Of a DNA stretch of 64,000 nt, positions 10,209 to 20,500 are shown in pieces. How positions within the stretch are numbered: position 1 is the stretch's first letter; every line of letters starts with the position of its first letter. The notes below the pieces were generated by a model. That model did no database searches, was not told where the DNA came from, and worked only from the letters and a program-made list of their open reading frames with translations. Source of the DNA: an uncultured Acidobacteriota bacterium (GTDB lineage: Bacteria > Acidobacteriota > Polarisedimenticolia > J045). The DNA lies in the NCBI GenBank assembly GCA_963702425.1, contig CAVPCQ010000021.1, positions 1-64,000 on the forward strand, written 5' to 3'. Made by a program: the position numbers and the translations under genes.

Positions 10209-12310
10209 TCGCGCTGGCCGCGGCGCTGGCGCTCCTGGCGGCCGCCGCGGCCGGCGAACCGCCCCGCGAGATCCCGGTCGTCGAGCAGGTCGAGGTCCGG
10301 CGCGTCCCCTGGCCGGTGGTCGTCGAGCCGCTGCCCGGTCCCGGCACCGTTCCGGCCGCGGCTGCATCCGCCGCTATGGCCGCGGCCGCCGCGCGCTGCC
10401 GCGCTCTCCGGCCGTCCGACGTCGAGGTCACCGAGGACGGCACGGCCGCACGGGTCGTCGCGATCGACCAGGGAAGCGTGCCGGTCCTCTACGCCGTCGT
10501 CGTCGACACCAGCGGCAGCATGAGCGACTCCCTGCCGGCGATCGGCGACGCCCTGGCCGGCTTCGCCCGCTCGCTGGCGCCGCACGAGCAGGCGCTCTTC
10601 GCCTCGCTGGACGACGACTTCGTGCTGCTCGCCCCGCCGGCCGGGGACCACGCGGAGCTCGAGGCCGCGGCGCACCGCCTGCGCTACGGCACGAACACGC
10701 TGCTGCGCGAGTCGCTCCACGACCTGCTCCTGTACCTGGAGTCCCGGCCCGGCCGGAAGGTGCTCTTCCTCGTCAGCGACGGCGGCGATTCCCGGGCGGT
10801 CAAGCAGGTCGCCTGGGAGCGGGTTTCGAACGCGGCGGCGGCGATCCCCGACCTCTCGGTCTTCGTCGTCGGCGTCGCGGCGCGAAGCTCGTGGCAGTAC
10901 ACCCTGGGGCTGCGCGAGATCGCGACGGCGAGCGGCGGCCTCTACCACGAGGTCGGCGACGGCGACGACGTCGCCGAGGCGCTGGAGAGCCTCAGGGAGC
11001 GGATCGCGAGCGAGGCGACGGTGGTCTACGAACCGCCCGCCGGCGCGGCGCGGGCCGGGCAGAACCCTGCCGGTCAGGCCGCCGCGGCCTCGGCCGGCGC
11101 GGCCCGGGCCGGGCAGAGCCCGTCCGGTCAGGCCGCCGCGACGGCCCGCGCGCGACGGGTCCGCGTGCGCGCCGCGGACGGCCTGCCGTGCCGCCTGGAG
11201 CCCGCGCGCAGCTCGCGCGCGCTCTACTCCGCCGGGGCGCGCGACGTCGCGCGGCAGGCGGTGCGCTGGGAGATCGGCGCCGGGCCCGCGCCGGAGTGCG
11301 CGCTCGCGCTCGGACCGGGGCGCTGGCTGGAGTTCGCGGCGGTCGAGAACGTCGTCGACCCCGGCCCGCTCCACGACCCGTCGCGCTGGCGCGGGGAGCG
11401 TCGGCTGGTGACGCGTGAAACGCTGGCGCCGTCGACCGCGGCGCGCCCCCTCGGGCTGTACCTCGCGCCGCCCGAGACGCTCTTGCGCGAGACGCCGCGC
11501 CGGGCCGACGAGATCCTCTGGGCGCTCACGACCGGGGGCGGCGTCGATTGCCTCGTGCGACCGAACGGCGGCGGCTTCGGGCCGCTCGTCGCCCACGGGC
11601 GGACCTTCCTCGACGCCCGCCCCGAGCTGGCGCGCCGCACCGCGGAGAGCGACCCGGCCTGGGACCGGTTCGCCCGCGCGGCAGTCCCGGCCGCGGCCTC
11701 GCTCGACGACGCCCGCACGGAAGCGCTCGCCGCGTGGCTCGGCGACGTCCCGGCCCGCGAGCTGCTGCTCGCGCTGGAGGCCCGGGGCGCCGACGCGCTG
11801 CTTCATGGCCGGGCGGAAGCAGCCGCGCGCCTCGAGACCGCCTGGCCGCGACTGCTCGATGCCTTCGGCACCGCGACCTCCGCCGGCGTCGTCGCCCTGC
11901 TGGTCCCGGCGCTCGCTCCGGGGCGCGACGCGGTCGGCTACTGGCGCGTCGCGCTACCGCGGCCGCAGCTCGTCGGCCCCGCGCCGGAGCCGACGCCACG
12001 CGCTCCGCTCGCGCTGGCGGCGGCGCGCTGGATCGCGGGGCAGCCGGCGGTCCGAAGCGCACTGCCCGAGGGCTGGACCGTCGAGTCCGCGACCCAGGCG
12101 CCGGATGGCACCGGAGCGACGCTCGTGCTGAAAGGGCCGGCCGGCGGCCGGCTGGCGCTCGACGCCCGCTTCGCAACCACGACGCGGTTCGAGCCGCGCT
12201 GCGTCGCCGTGCGCGCGGAACCGGTGATGGACGCGCGCGCCGCGGAAGCGGCCCGCGCCGTGGACGCGGCGCTCGCGCGCGCCGGCCGGGTCTGCCGCGG
12301 ACCGGAGTGA
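10205..12310 (+). CDS. Secreted VWA-domain protein (VWFA-related acidobacterial type) with unknown C-terminal half
   Basis: Signal peptide; DVEVTEDG; MIDAS VVDTSGSMS; RKVLFLVSDGGDS; IATASGG. Confidence 0.75.
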   Translation: MIALAAALALLAAAAAGEPPREIPVVEQVEVRRVPWPVVVEPLPGPGTVPAAAASAAMAAAAARCRALRPSDVEVTEDGTAARVVAIDQGSVPVLYAVVVDTSGSMSDSLPAIGDALAGFARSLAPHEQALFASLDDDFVLLAPPAGDHAELEAAAHRLRYGTNTLLRESLHDLLLYLESRPGRKVLFLVSDGGDSRAVKQVAWERVSNAAAAIPDLSVFVVGVAARSSWQYTLGLREIATASGGLYHEVGDGDDVAEALESLRERIASEATVVYEPPAGAARAGQNPAGQAAAASAGAARAGQSPSGQAAATARARRVRVRAADGLPCRLEPARSSRALYSAGARDVARQAVRWEIGAGPAPECALALGPGRWLEFAAVENVVDPGPLHDPSRWRGERRLVTRETLAPSTAARPLGLYLAPPETLLRETPRRADEILWALTTGGGVDCLVRPNGGGFGPLVAHGRTFLDARPELARRTAESDPAWDRFARAAVPAAASLDDARTEALAAWLGDVPARELLLALEARGADALLHGRAEAAARLETAWPRLLDAFGTATSAGVVALLVPALAPGRDAVGYWRVALPRPQLVGPAPEPTPRAPLALAAARWIAGQPAVRSALPEGWTVESATQAPDGTGATLVLKGPAGGRLALDARFATTTRFEPRCVAVRAEPVMDARAAEAARAVDAALARAGRVCRGPE
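11039..11140 (+). repeat. In-frame 54-bp imperfect tandem duplication
   Basis: AGAARAGQNPAGQAAA / AGAARAGQSPSGQAAA; units start at 11039 and 11093. Confidence 0.85.
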
Positions 12311-12315
12311 AGAAT

Positions 12316-12351
12316 CCGGGGAGGGGTCGTCTGCCCACGACCCCTCCCCGG
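12316..12351. terminator. 15-bp perfect inverted repeat between convergent genes, probable terminator
   Basis: ccggggaggggtcgt-ctgccc-acgacccctccccgg just after the VWA stop; no U-tract. Confidence 0.6.
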
Positions 12352-12490
12352 CTGGAGACGCCGCGGGCGGAGGTCCGCGGCGACGAAGAACGCTTCGCGA
12401 CGTGGGTCGCGGACGCATCGGGCGATCCTGCTGCCGCCGGGTGGCGACCGTGTCAACGTCGCGTGAAGATCCGGTGACGGTCCCCCGCGA

Positions 12491-13858
12491 TCAGCCCTTC
12501 GACCGGACCAGCCGCTCCACCTGCTCGAGATAGCGTGCGACATCCTCGGAGGGCTTGATCTCCTGGGCGCGGCGCAGCAGCGGCAGCGCCTCCTGGTACT
12601 TGCCCTGGCCGACCAGCACCTGGGCCTGGCGCAGCTTCGCCGAAGCTTCGTACTGCTCCAGGTTCGCGGCGCGCTCGAAATAGACCAGCGCCCTCTCCGG
12701 CTCGCCGTAGCGCGCGTAGTGCTGCCCCAGCAGCATCAGCGCATCGCCGTCGAGCGGGTTCTTCGCCACGACCTCCTCGAGAATCGCGACCGCCTCTCCG
12801 CCGTTCCCCTCCGCGACCGCGATCCGCGCCTCGAGCTTCAGCAGCTTCTGGGCGTCCTCTTCCGGGAGGCGCCCGAAATAGATGCTGCGCACGTTGGCCG
12901 ACAGTTCGCGGGCCTCGTTCATCCCGCCGCGGCCGGCCAGCACCTCGACGTTGCGGACCGCCCGGGCCGGGGACTGTCCGGGGTCGACCTGGACGGCCCG
13001 GCCGTAGGCGCGCGCGGCGAGGTCCAGCCGGCCCTCGTTGAGGTAGAGGTCGCCCATCAGGTTCAGCGTGTCGGGGGTCGCCTTGCCCATCCGCTCGACC
13101 ATCTCGAGGTTCTCGGCGGCGCGCAGCGGCTCCTTCATGCCGAGGTAGGCGTTGGCCTGCAGCAGCCAGAACTCCGGCCGGTCCGGCGAGCGCTCGATCA
13201 GCACCCGGAGCAGGGCAGCGGCTTCCTCGTACTTCTCCTGCTTGACCACGCTGCGCGCGAGACCCAGCCGCCAGTCGGTATTCTGCGGGTCGAGCAGCAG
13301 CGCGTTGCGGTACGCCATCTCGGCGGCGAGATAGTCGCCCTTGGAGGTGAACGCGTAACCGAGCAGACCGTAACTGATCGCATCGCCGCCGCCGAGCTCG
13401 ATCATCCTGGTGAACGACCGGATCGCGTCGTCGTTCTTCCCCAGGCGGATCTGCGTCAGGCCCAGGTTCTTCCAGGCGCGGCGGAAGCTGGGGAACTTCT
13501 GGACGGCCGCGCCGTAACGCGCGGCGGCCTCGTCGACCTGGTCCTGCTGGAACGCCATGTTCCCCAGGATGTACTCGAAGAGCGCGCTCGAGTCGGGCTT
13601 GGCCGCGGCGGTTTCGAGTTCCTTCTTCGCCGCCGCCGGGTCGCTCGACATCAGCGGGTAGACCTTCTCCAGCAGCGTACGCTCGTCCGGGCCGAGCTTG
13701 GGCTCGATGTCGGGGTGGATGCCGTAGGTCCCGACGAATGCCTTCTTGAACTCCGGATCGGACCAGATCCGGTCGATCTCGTCGGTCGCTTGCGCGAGAG
13801 CCCCCGGCACCGCCGCCAGCAGCAGCAGCGCCGCCATCATGATCGTCTTCATCTCCAC
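12491..13858 (-). CDS. Periplasmic TPR protein (TtpD-like member of the TonB locus)
   Basis: Signal peptide (ALAQA), multiple TPR units, directly downstream of tonB. Confidence 0.85.
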   Translation of the reverse strand: MEMKTIMMAALLLLAAVPGALAQATDEIDRIWSDPEFKKAFVGTYGIHPDIEPKLGPDERTLLEKVYPLMSSDPAAAKKELETAAAKPDSSALFEYILGNMAFQQDQVDEAAARYGAAVQKFPSFRRAWKNLGLTQIRLGKNDDAIRSFTRMIELGGGDAISYGLLGYAFTSKGDYLAAEMAYRNALLLDPQNTDWRLGLARSVVKQEKYEEAAALLRVLIERSPDRPEFWLLQANAYLGMKEPLRAAENLEMVERMGKATPDTLNLMGDLYLNEGRLDLAARAYGRAVQVDPGQSPARAVRNVEVLAGRGGMNEARELSANVRSIYFGRLPEEDAQKLLKLEARIAVAEGNGGEAVAILEEVVAKNPLDGDALMLLGQHYARYGEPERALVYFERAANLEQYEASAKLRQAQVLVGQGKYQEALPLLRRAQEIKPSEDVARYLEQVERLVRSKG

Positions 13859-13861
13859 ACC

Positions 13862-14608
13862 TCAGCCCGACAGCGCGAAGCGGATCGGGACGCGAACCTT
13901 GCTGGGGACCTTCTCGCCGCCGCGGACCGCGGGATCGAACTTCCACTGCCGGACCGCCTCGAGCGCCGGCCGCTCGAATGCGGGATGGGTCGACTTCTCC
14001 ACCTTCGGGTTCACGACCCGGCCGTCCTGGTCGACGACGAAGAGCATGTAGACCGTCCCCTCGACCTTCTTCTGCCGGAGCTCGAACGGGTAGACCGGTG
14101 CGGTCTGGAAGATCGGCCGCGCGCGCTGGTCGAGTTCCCCGACGTCGAAGGCGGCCGAGAGGTCGTCGCCGCCGTCGCCCGCCCCGGCCGACCCCGTCCC
14201 GCCGATCCGGCCGCCGGAGGCGAGGCTCACGCCCGACGCGAAGTCCCCGCTCCCCGCGGCACCCGGATCGAGCGCGCTCTCGAGCGCGGAGAGGCTCAGT
14301 GCGTCGAGCCGCGCGACCTCGTCGGTCGGAGACGCGTCGGGCTGATCCGGCACCGCGTCCACGAGCTCGCGCATGTCGGGCGGCTTCTCGTCCGGCGCCT
14401 GGACCTCCTCGATCTCGCGCTTCTCCTCCTCCGCCTTCTTCTCGTCCTTGGGCTGCTCTTCCGCCTGCTCCTCCGAGAAGAGCTCGACCTCGCGCACCGG
14501 CGCGCGCGCGGCCGCCTCCTCGTCGGTGAAGAAGAAGACCCCCCCGAAGAGCAGGATCAGGCCATGGATGGCGAGCGCCGCCAGCAGCGCCAGGGCGATA
14601 CCGCGCAC
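13862..14608 (-). CDS. tonB: TonB energy transducer
   Basis: TM helix with His (LAIHG), charged linker, C-terminal PVYP..EGTV..FVVDQDGRV..AVRQWKFDPA. Confidence 0.9.
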   Translation of the reverse strand: MRGIALALLAALAIHGLILLFGGVFFFTDEEAAARAPVREVELFSEEQAEEQPKDEKKAEEEKREIEEVQAPDEKPPDMRELVDAVPDQPDASPTDEVARLDALSLSALESALDPGAAGSGDFASGVSLASGGRIGGTGSAGAGDGGDDLSAAFDVGELDQRARPIFQTAPVYPFELRQKKVEGTVYMLFVVDQDGRVVNPKVEKSTHPAFERPALEAVRQWKFDPAVRGGEKVPSKVRVPIRFALSG

Positions 14609-14612
14609 GGGG

Positions 14613-15038
14613 CTACTTCTCGTCGGTGGAGATGCCGACCTTGGTGATCCCGGCGCGCCGCGCCTCGTCGAGCACCGCAACCACCGCCTTGAAGTCCGCC
14701 CCCGCGTCGGCGCTGACGACGACCCGCGGGTCCTTGGTCGAGCCCTTGTAGGTCTGCAGCTTGTACGGGAGCTGCGCCGCCGTGACCTTCTCCTTGTTGA
14801 AGAAGAGCTCCCCCTTCTCGTTCACGGAGAGGGTCACGGTCCGGTCCATCTCCTGCTGGTCACCCATCGACTGCGCCGTGCTGGCGGACGGAAGCGCCAC
14901 CTGCACGCCCTGGTTCTTCGTCATCGAGAGCGACACCATGATGAAGGTCGCCAGCAGGAAGAAGATGATGTCGATCAGCGGAATGATCTCGATCCGCGCC
15001 GACTTCCTGCCACCCCGTGCACCCGCTCCGAGTCCCAT
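14613..15038 (-). CDS. exbD: Biopolymer transporter ExbD
   Basis: IEIIPLIDIIFFLLATF, VSADAGA, VLDEARRAG. Confidence 0.92.
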   Translation of the reverse strand: MGLGAGARGGRKSARIEIIPLIDIIFFLLATFIMVSLSMTKNQGVQVALPSASTAQSMGDQQEMDRTVTLSVNEKGELFFNKEKVTAAQLPYKLQTYKGSTKDPRVVVSADAGADFKAVVAVLDEARRAGITKVGISTDEK

Positions 15039-15046
15039 CGCTCACC

Positions 15047-16483
15047 TCACGCCGCACTCTCGGCGATGGCGACCGCTTCCACGACGCCCCGCTCCGGGTG
15101 TGCAAGGAGCTCGAGCTGCGCCGACGACGCCTCGAGCTCGTGCCTGGCTTCCTCGATCCGGTTGTTGAGGTAGTTGTACGGAACGAGACACGTGATCGCG
15201 ATCACCAGGCCGAACGCCGTCGCGATCAGCGCCTCGGCGATGCCGCCGGTGATCGCGCCCGGGGACGACAGCTCGCCGCCGATCAGCGAGAAAGAGTGCA
15301 TCATCCCCGTGACGGTCCCGAGCAGGCCCAGCAGCGGCGCGATCGTGATCGCGGTGTCGAGGACGCCGATGCCCCGCCGGAACCGCTTCAGTTCCTTGCT
15401 CTGCGCGTAGACCAGGGCGTTCCCCAGCGACTTCTCGCGGTGCTCGAGGGCGTAGGCCAGGGTTCGCGGGACGTAGTAGCTGGATTTCCGGCCGATCTCG
15501 ATCGCGCGGTCCATGTCGTGATCGGCGACCGCACTCATCAGGCTCTGCACCGCCCGCAGGTCGCGCTTGCTGGTCTCGCTGATGATGAAGAAGACGCGCT
15601 CCAGCACCACCGCCAGTGCGAGAATCGAGACCAGCAGGAGCGGCCACATGATCGGCCCGCCCTTCCTGAAGATCTCGATCAGGCTCCACTTCTCGACCAG
15701 CTCCTTGAGCGCGCCGCCGCGGGAGGGATCGAACGGGAAGACGCCTTTCCCGGTATCGACGAGGGCCCGGATCGAGGGGACGAAGGAGGCCTCGAGCGGC
15801 CGGACGGCGGGGTGCGTCGTGCCGGCCTGGGCCAGCGCCAGCCCGGCATCCTTCCCGTCGCGCGACGCGAACAGGGCGATCGGCCCGAGCAGGGCGAAGG
15901 TCCCGTCGACCAGTTCCCCCTTCGGATCGACCGCGCTCCCCGGGAAGCGGGTGCCGCCGATGCTCTCCTCGAGCCGCTTCACCGACCGATCGACGAGCGT
16001 GAGCTGCCGCTCGAATCGCTGATCGGCCGTCAGGTCCTTGTCACCCGGCGCGTCCTTCGCGGCTGCGATGAACGGTGCGTAGAGGTCCGCTTCTCCGACC
16101 GACAGACGCGTCCCGAAATTGGTCGCGTACTCGTCGAGCAGGTTCGAGACGTAGCCGATCTCGTCCTGGCGCAGCTTCAGCTCGGTCTGCGACTTCTGCG
16201 CATCGAGGCTGCCGGTGTCGACGCTGCGCAGGGTGTCGTCGTTCGCCCGGCGGAGCTGGACCAGCTTCTGCTCGCGCGCCTCGAGCTCCTTCGCGAGCGG
16301 GATCTTCTCCGCCGCGATCCGCTCGCGCAGTTGCGACAACTCGGCGAGCGCGGCGTCCAGCTCCTTCTGGGAGCTCGCTGCCGCACGATCGAGCGCGTCG
16401 CTGCCCGGGGCCTGGGCCCAGGCTGCGGGCGCGGCCAGCACGAGCAGGAGGGCCGGGACGGTCTTGATGCGTGGAGTGAACAC
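15047..16483 (-). CDS. Large MotA/TolQ/ExbB protein with periplasmic coiled coil (TtpC-like)
   Basis: Signal peptide, coiled coil, DPSRG, GGPIMWP, APLLGLLGTVTGM, GIAEALIATAFGL. Confidence 0.88.
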   Translation of the reverse strand: MFTPRIKTVPALLLVLAAPAAWAQAPGSDALDRAAASSQKELDAALAELSQLRERIAAEKIPLAKELEAREQKLVQLRRANDDTLRSVDTGSLDAQKSQTELKLRQDEIGYVSNLLDEYATNFGTRLSVGEADLYAPFIAAAKDAPGDKDLTADQRFERQLTLVDRSVKRLEESIGGTRFPGSAVDPKGELVDGTFALLGPIALFASRDGKDAGLALAQAGTTHPAVRPLEASFVPSIRALVDTGKGVFPFDPSRGGALKELVEKWSLIEIFRKGGPIMWPLLLVSILALAVVLERVFFIISETSKRDLRAVQSLMSAVADHDMDRAIEIGRKSSYYVPRTLAYALEHREKSLGNALVYAQSKELKRFRRGIGVLDTAITIAPLLGLLGTVTGMMHSFSLIGGELSSPGAITGGIAEALIATAFGLVIAITCLVPYNYLNNRIEEARHELEASSAQLELLAHPERGVVEAVAIAESAA

Positions 16484-16494
16484 GGCTGCGCTCC

Positions 16495-17271
16495 TCACCG
16501 GATGGTCGCCGGGAGCGACACGAACTGCGGCTTCGTCTTGTTCTCGAGGATCTGGATCACCTGTGCGATCTTCGGCGCCAGGTCGTTGTCGGGCGTCCAC
16601 TGCCACCCTTCCGGCCCCGGGTAGCCCACGCCCGCTTCGCCGCTCGCGCTGACGAAGTAGGCCTGTGCGAGGCCCACGTAGACCGTCTTGACCTCGGACG
16701 GCTTGCCGTCGGAGAGCGGTCGGATCTCGGTCGCCAGCGTGATCTCGCTACCGATCCGGTTGATCTCGTTCAGCACTCCCAGGACGTTCTGGTAGCGCTC
16801 GGCGAGCGAGACCCTGGTCGAGGCCGCGTCCTCCGGGATGCGGCGGTAGAGGGGGTCGACCTTCTCGCGCGTGGCGGCCGGCAGCACCTTGTAGAGCGCG
16901 CGCACCTTGCCTTCGAGCCCGGTGACGCGCTCGGCGAGGCTCGCCTGGGTTCCGGTGAGCTGGCTCCTCCCGCTGTCGACCTCGGCGCGACGGGTCTGGG
17001 CCTCACCCAGCGCCTGGCGGGACTCGTTCAGCTTCTCCTGCTGCGCCGCGACCTCCTTGTCGAGCAGCTCGATGCGCGAAGTCAGGATCTCCTGCTCCTG
17101 CTGCCAGGCCTTGCGCTCCTTGAAGATCAGCTCCTCCGTGGCGACCCACTTCCCCAGGATCGACTTCGTCTGGTCGATCCCGTCCGAGGTCGACTGCGCC
17201 TGCTGCGCGGAGATGGTCGAGCCCGTCAGCAGGGCGGCTGCCAGGAGCAGGGCTACGCGTGGACGGTTCAC
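16495..17271 (-). CDS. DUF3450-like periplasmic coiled-coil protein (TtpB-like)
   Basis: Signal peptide, coiled coil, SLAERYQNVL, VYVGLAQAYF..GWQW; lies upstream of the large ExbB. Confidence 0.75.
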   Translation of the reverse strand: MNRPRVALLLAAALLTGSTISAQQAQSTSDGIDQTKSILGKWVATEELIFKERKAWQQEQEILTSRIELLDKEVAAQQEKLNESRQALGEAQTRRAEVDSGRSQLTGTQASLAERVTGLEGKVRALYKVLPAATREKVDPLYRRIPEDAASTRVSLAERYQNVLGVLNEINRIGSEITLATEIRPLSDGKPSEVKTVYVGLAQAYFVSASGEAGVGYPGPEGWQWTPDNDLAPKIAQVIQILENKTKPQFVSLPATIR

Positions 17272-17377
17272 GGTCGGGTCCTCTCGATGGTCTTCGGGTT
17301 GCTTTGGCCGTGCGACAGCGCGGGGCGCTGGGCAGACGCACGGCGATAAAGAGTATCGGGCACACTGTGGCGTCCAT

Positions 17378-17404
17378 TCGACAGCGATGTGACGATCGCG
17401 TCAC
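17378..17404 (-). promoter_or_regulatory. Possible secondary Pho-box-like site or GTGAC-N6-GTCAC palindrome upstream of the DUF3450-exbB-exbD-tonB block
   Basis: Minus strand GTCAC-N6-GTCGA at 11-bp spacing, plus the inverted repeat gtgac-gatcgc-gtcac. Confidence 0.35.
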
Positions 17405-17428
17405 GATCGCGCGGGCACCGCCCGGGGG

Positions 17429-20400
17429 TCACCACGTGTACCCCAGCGAGGCACTGTAGGTGCGTGCCGTCGGCCGCTCCGCCTTGATGGCGGTGATCCC
17501 CCCGGGCGTCTCGTAGAGCGACAGGCGGTCGGGAGCCAGCAGGTTGCCCGCCTTGAGCCCGAACGACGCCCCCTCGCCGAACTCCTGGCTGAAGGTCACG
17601 TCGAGGCTGCTGAAGGGCTCCTCGTAGACGTCGGGAATCCCGTCCTCGACCCCGCGGGCGGCTCCGGTCAGCAGCGTCCTCCCGATGCGATTGAAGAAGA
17701 TGCCGACCGTCGTCCCCGAGTCCGGGTTGTCGTAGGTCGCGTTGACGTTCACGAGGTACGCCGGCTGCCCCTGGAGCGGCCGGGTCGCCTGCGCCAGCCC
17801 GAGCGTCTCGAGCGACTTCTGTTCCGACGCCGGTACGTCGACCGAGGAGTGGAGCCAGCTCGCGTTCAGCCCGAACGCGAAGCCCGACAGCGCGTCCCAC
17901 AGGCCGGCCATCGCGACCCGCCCCTCGACCTCGATCCCCTTGACCGATCCGGCGGGGTAGTTGACCGGCTGGACAAAGGCGCGGTTGGCGACACCGAAGC
18001 TGATGTACTCGATCGGGTCGGTCAGCGTCTTGAAGAAGACGCTCGCCGCAAGGACGTCGCCCGGGTTCGGAAACCACTCCCAGCGCAGGTCATAGTTCTC
18101 GATCGAGGATATCTGAAGATCCGGGTTTCCGATGAACTCATCACCCGAGAGGAACTCCTCCGTCGCAACCGGAGCAAGTTCGCGAAAGGTCGGCCGCGCG
18201 AGGGTCTGCGCGTACGAGGCGCGGAGGTTCATTCCCGTCGCGAGCTCGTAGACCAGCGCCAGCGCAGGCAGGAGGCGGTCGTCGTCGAGATCGGCTTGGG
18301 CCTGGTCGTCGGGGACCCGGATCAGCGCCCGTTCGCCGCTGGGCTGGACCTCGATCACCTCGACCGTACCCAGCGTCGGGTTGAAGGGCACGATCTCGAT
18401 CGTGGTGCTCTCCTGCCGCGCTCCGCCGATCAGCTTCACGGCCCGGGCCAGCGGCACGGTCGCCATCGCGTACCCGGCAAAGATGTTCTGAAGACCGTCG
18501 TAGTCGACGTCGGTCCCGAGCGGCAGCAACGACCAGATCAGCTGGTTCGGCGCCGGCGCGCACGGCGGGGCCGACACCTCGCAGCGATTGGGAGCGAGCC
18601 CGATCCGGTCCGGTTCCATGAACACGTCGGTCCAGAGCTGCCCGGGGTAGGCTGGGATGAACGACGAGTACGAGCGGTTGACGTCGACCGCCGGACCGGA
18701 GCCGACCTGCCTCGAGTAGCGGAAGGTGAACGACCGCTGGGTATAGGTGCGGTCCGAGCTCTCGCCGTAAAGGCCCAGCTTGATGTTGCCGTCGACGCCG
18801 GCGCTCACGAACGGAAGGACCGCGTTGACCGATCCCTGCCAGTTCGTCTCGTTGATGTCCCGGAAGATGCGGCGCGTGTTCTGCACCTCGCTGCTGTTGT
18901 TCGGGAAGGCCCCGGCGCCCGAGTTCGGATCGAAGATGTTGCGGAAGAACCGGACGTCGGGTTCCTCCTGCCGGGTATAGTTCCAGGACAGGACCCAGTC
19001 CAGCTCCAGGCCGGGAACGATCGCGTCGTCCTTCTTGCCGAACATCTCCGGGAACTCGTCGCTGCCGGACAGCTGCGCCGAGAGGACGCTCCGCTGGGTA
19101 TAGGTCAGGCTCTGGTTCTGAACGATGACCTCGCCGCGCGGCTGGTACTGGAAGCGGGCGTCGTCGAGCGCTCCCTGGTTCCCGGCCAGGCGCAGCGAGT
19201 AGGAGTGGTCCTCGTTCGGGACCCAGGCGATGCTGCCGAGCGCCCCGATCAGGACCTCCTCGGTCCCCCGGTTGTCGTTCCACTCGCTCGTCAGCTGGAT
19301 CTCGTCGCCGACGTTGTTGACTCCACCCGAGTTGAACTGGCCATCCGAGTAGAAGTAGTTCTTGCGCGAGTAGGTGATCGCGCCGATCAGTCCCAACGTG
19401 TCCTCGGCGCCGATTCCGAACCGGTTCCCCCCCTGGAGCGAGAAGCCGAAGTTCGGGCCGACCTCCTCCTGGCTCACTCCCATGACCGGCACGAACGAGC
19501 GCGTCAGCTCGTTGTAGTAATCGGCCGCCTCGACCTGTTCGGGGGTGGGATTGAGGCTGGCGCGGGGGAACGGCGGCGCCTTGGTATCGGCGATCGCAGG
19601 CAGCGAGCGCGAGCTCCCGGCAAAGCCGCTGAAGGGAACGCCGCCGTCGCGATAGGTCAGGAAGTCGGGGTTGCCGGTGGCCAGCGAGTTGTACTCGAGA
19701 CTCGTGGAGAACGACGCCGTGGGACCCTCGGGGATGTCCTTGGTCTTGATGTCGATGCCGCCTCCGGTGAAGTCACCCTGCAGGTCCGGCATGAAGGTCT
19801 TGGTGACCACCACGCTTTCGATCGTGCCGGTCGGGAAGAGGTCGACCTGAACGGCGCGGCGGCGCGGGTCGGCGCTCGGCACGCGCACGCCGTTCAGCGT
19901 CACTCCGGTATACCGGTCGGAGAGCCCGCGGACGGTCGCGTACTTGCCGTCGACGACCGAGGCCCCGACCACCATCTTCAGCGCGTCCCCGACGTCGCTC
20001 GCCCCCGCCTGCTTGATCATGTCGGCCGAGATCGAGTCCTGAACCGTGACGGCCGCGGCGCGGATCTCCAGCAGCTGCATCTCCGGGTTGTCGAGGAAGT
20101 CCCCGCCGCTGACGACCAGTTCGTCGAGTTCGACGATCTCGGTCGCCAGTTCGACGCGGAGGTCGGTGACGCGCCCCGCGGAGACGGTCACGCCGTTCTC
20201 GAGCTCGCGCTCGAAACCCTCCTTCGAGAACGACAGCGTATAGCTCCCGGCCGGAACGCGATCGATCGTGAACACGCCGTCCTTCGTCGTCAGCGACGCG
20301 AGACCCAGCTCGACGATCGTCACGCGGGCCCCCGGCAGCGGCACGCCGAAGTCCTTGTCGTACACCGAGCCGCGGATCGTCCCCGAGGTGATGTCCGCAC

Positions 20401-20500
20401 CCTGCCCGCGCACGGGGCCGCCCGCAGCGGCGAGCGTGGCGAGGACGAGGAGCACGAACAGCGACGCGCGGGCGCGTCGGGGATGGTCCGGGTGGCTCAC
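17429..20500 (-). CDS. TonB-dependent receptor with N-terminal carboxypeptidase-regulatory-like domain
   Basis: Signal peptide; GTIRGSVYD..LPGARV; LDELVVSG; plug VRGLSDRY..LNG; ARPTFRELAP, GNPDL; C-terminal W. Confidence 0.93.
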   Translation of the reverse strand: MSHPDHPRRARASLFVLLVLATLAAAGGPVRGQGADITSGTIRGSVYDKDFGVPLPGARVTIVELGLASLTTKDGVFTIDRVPAGSYTLSFSKEGFERELENGVTVSAGRVTDLRVELATEIVELDELVVSGGDFLDNPEMQLLEIRAAAVTVQDSISADMIKQAGASDVGDALKMVVGASVVDGKYATVRGLSDRYTGVTLNGVRVPSADPRRRAVQVDLFPTGTIESVVVTKTFMPDLQGDFTGGGIDIKTKDIPEGPTASFSTSLEYNSLATGNPDFLTYRDGGVPFSGFAGSSRSLPAIADTKAPPFPRASLNPTPEQVEAADYYNELTRSFVPVMGVSQEEVGPNFGFSLQGGNRFGIGAEDTLGLIGAITYSRKNYFYSDGQFNSGGVNNVGDEIQLTSEWNDNRGTEEVLIGALGSIAWVPNEDHSYSLRLAGNQGALDDARFQYQPRGEVIVQNQSLTYTQRSVLSAQLSGSDEFPEMFGKKDDAIVPGLELDWVLSWNYTRQEEPDVRFFRNIFDPNSGAGAFPNNSSEVQNTRRIFRDINETNWQGSVNAVLPFVSAGVDGNIKLGLYGESSDRTYTQRSFTFRYSRQVGSGPAVDVNRSYSSFIPAYPGQLWTDVFMEPDRIGLAPNRCEVSAPPCAPAPNQLIWSLLPLGTDVDYDGLQNIFAGYAMATVPLARAVKLIGGARQESTTIEIVPFNPTLGTVEVIEVQPSGERALIRVPDDQAQADLDDDRLLPALALVYELATGMNLRASYAQTLARPTFRELAPVATEEFLSGDEFIGNPDLQISSIENYDLRWEWFPNPGDVLAASVFFKTLTDPIEYISFGVANRAFVQPVNYPAGSVKGIEVEGRVAMAGLWDALSGFAFGLNASWLHSSVDVPASEQKSLETLGLAQATRPLQGQPAYLVNVNATYDNPDSGTTVGIFFNRIGRTLLTGAARGVEDGIPDVYEEPFSSLDVTFSQEFGEGASFGLKAGNLLAPDRLSLYETPGGITAIKAERPTARTYSASLGYTW

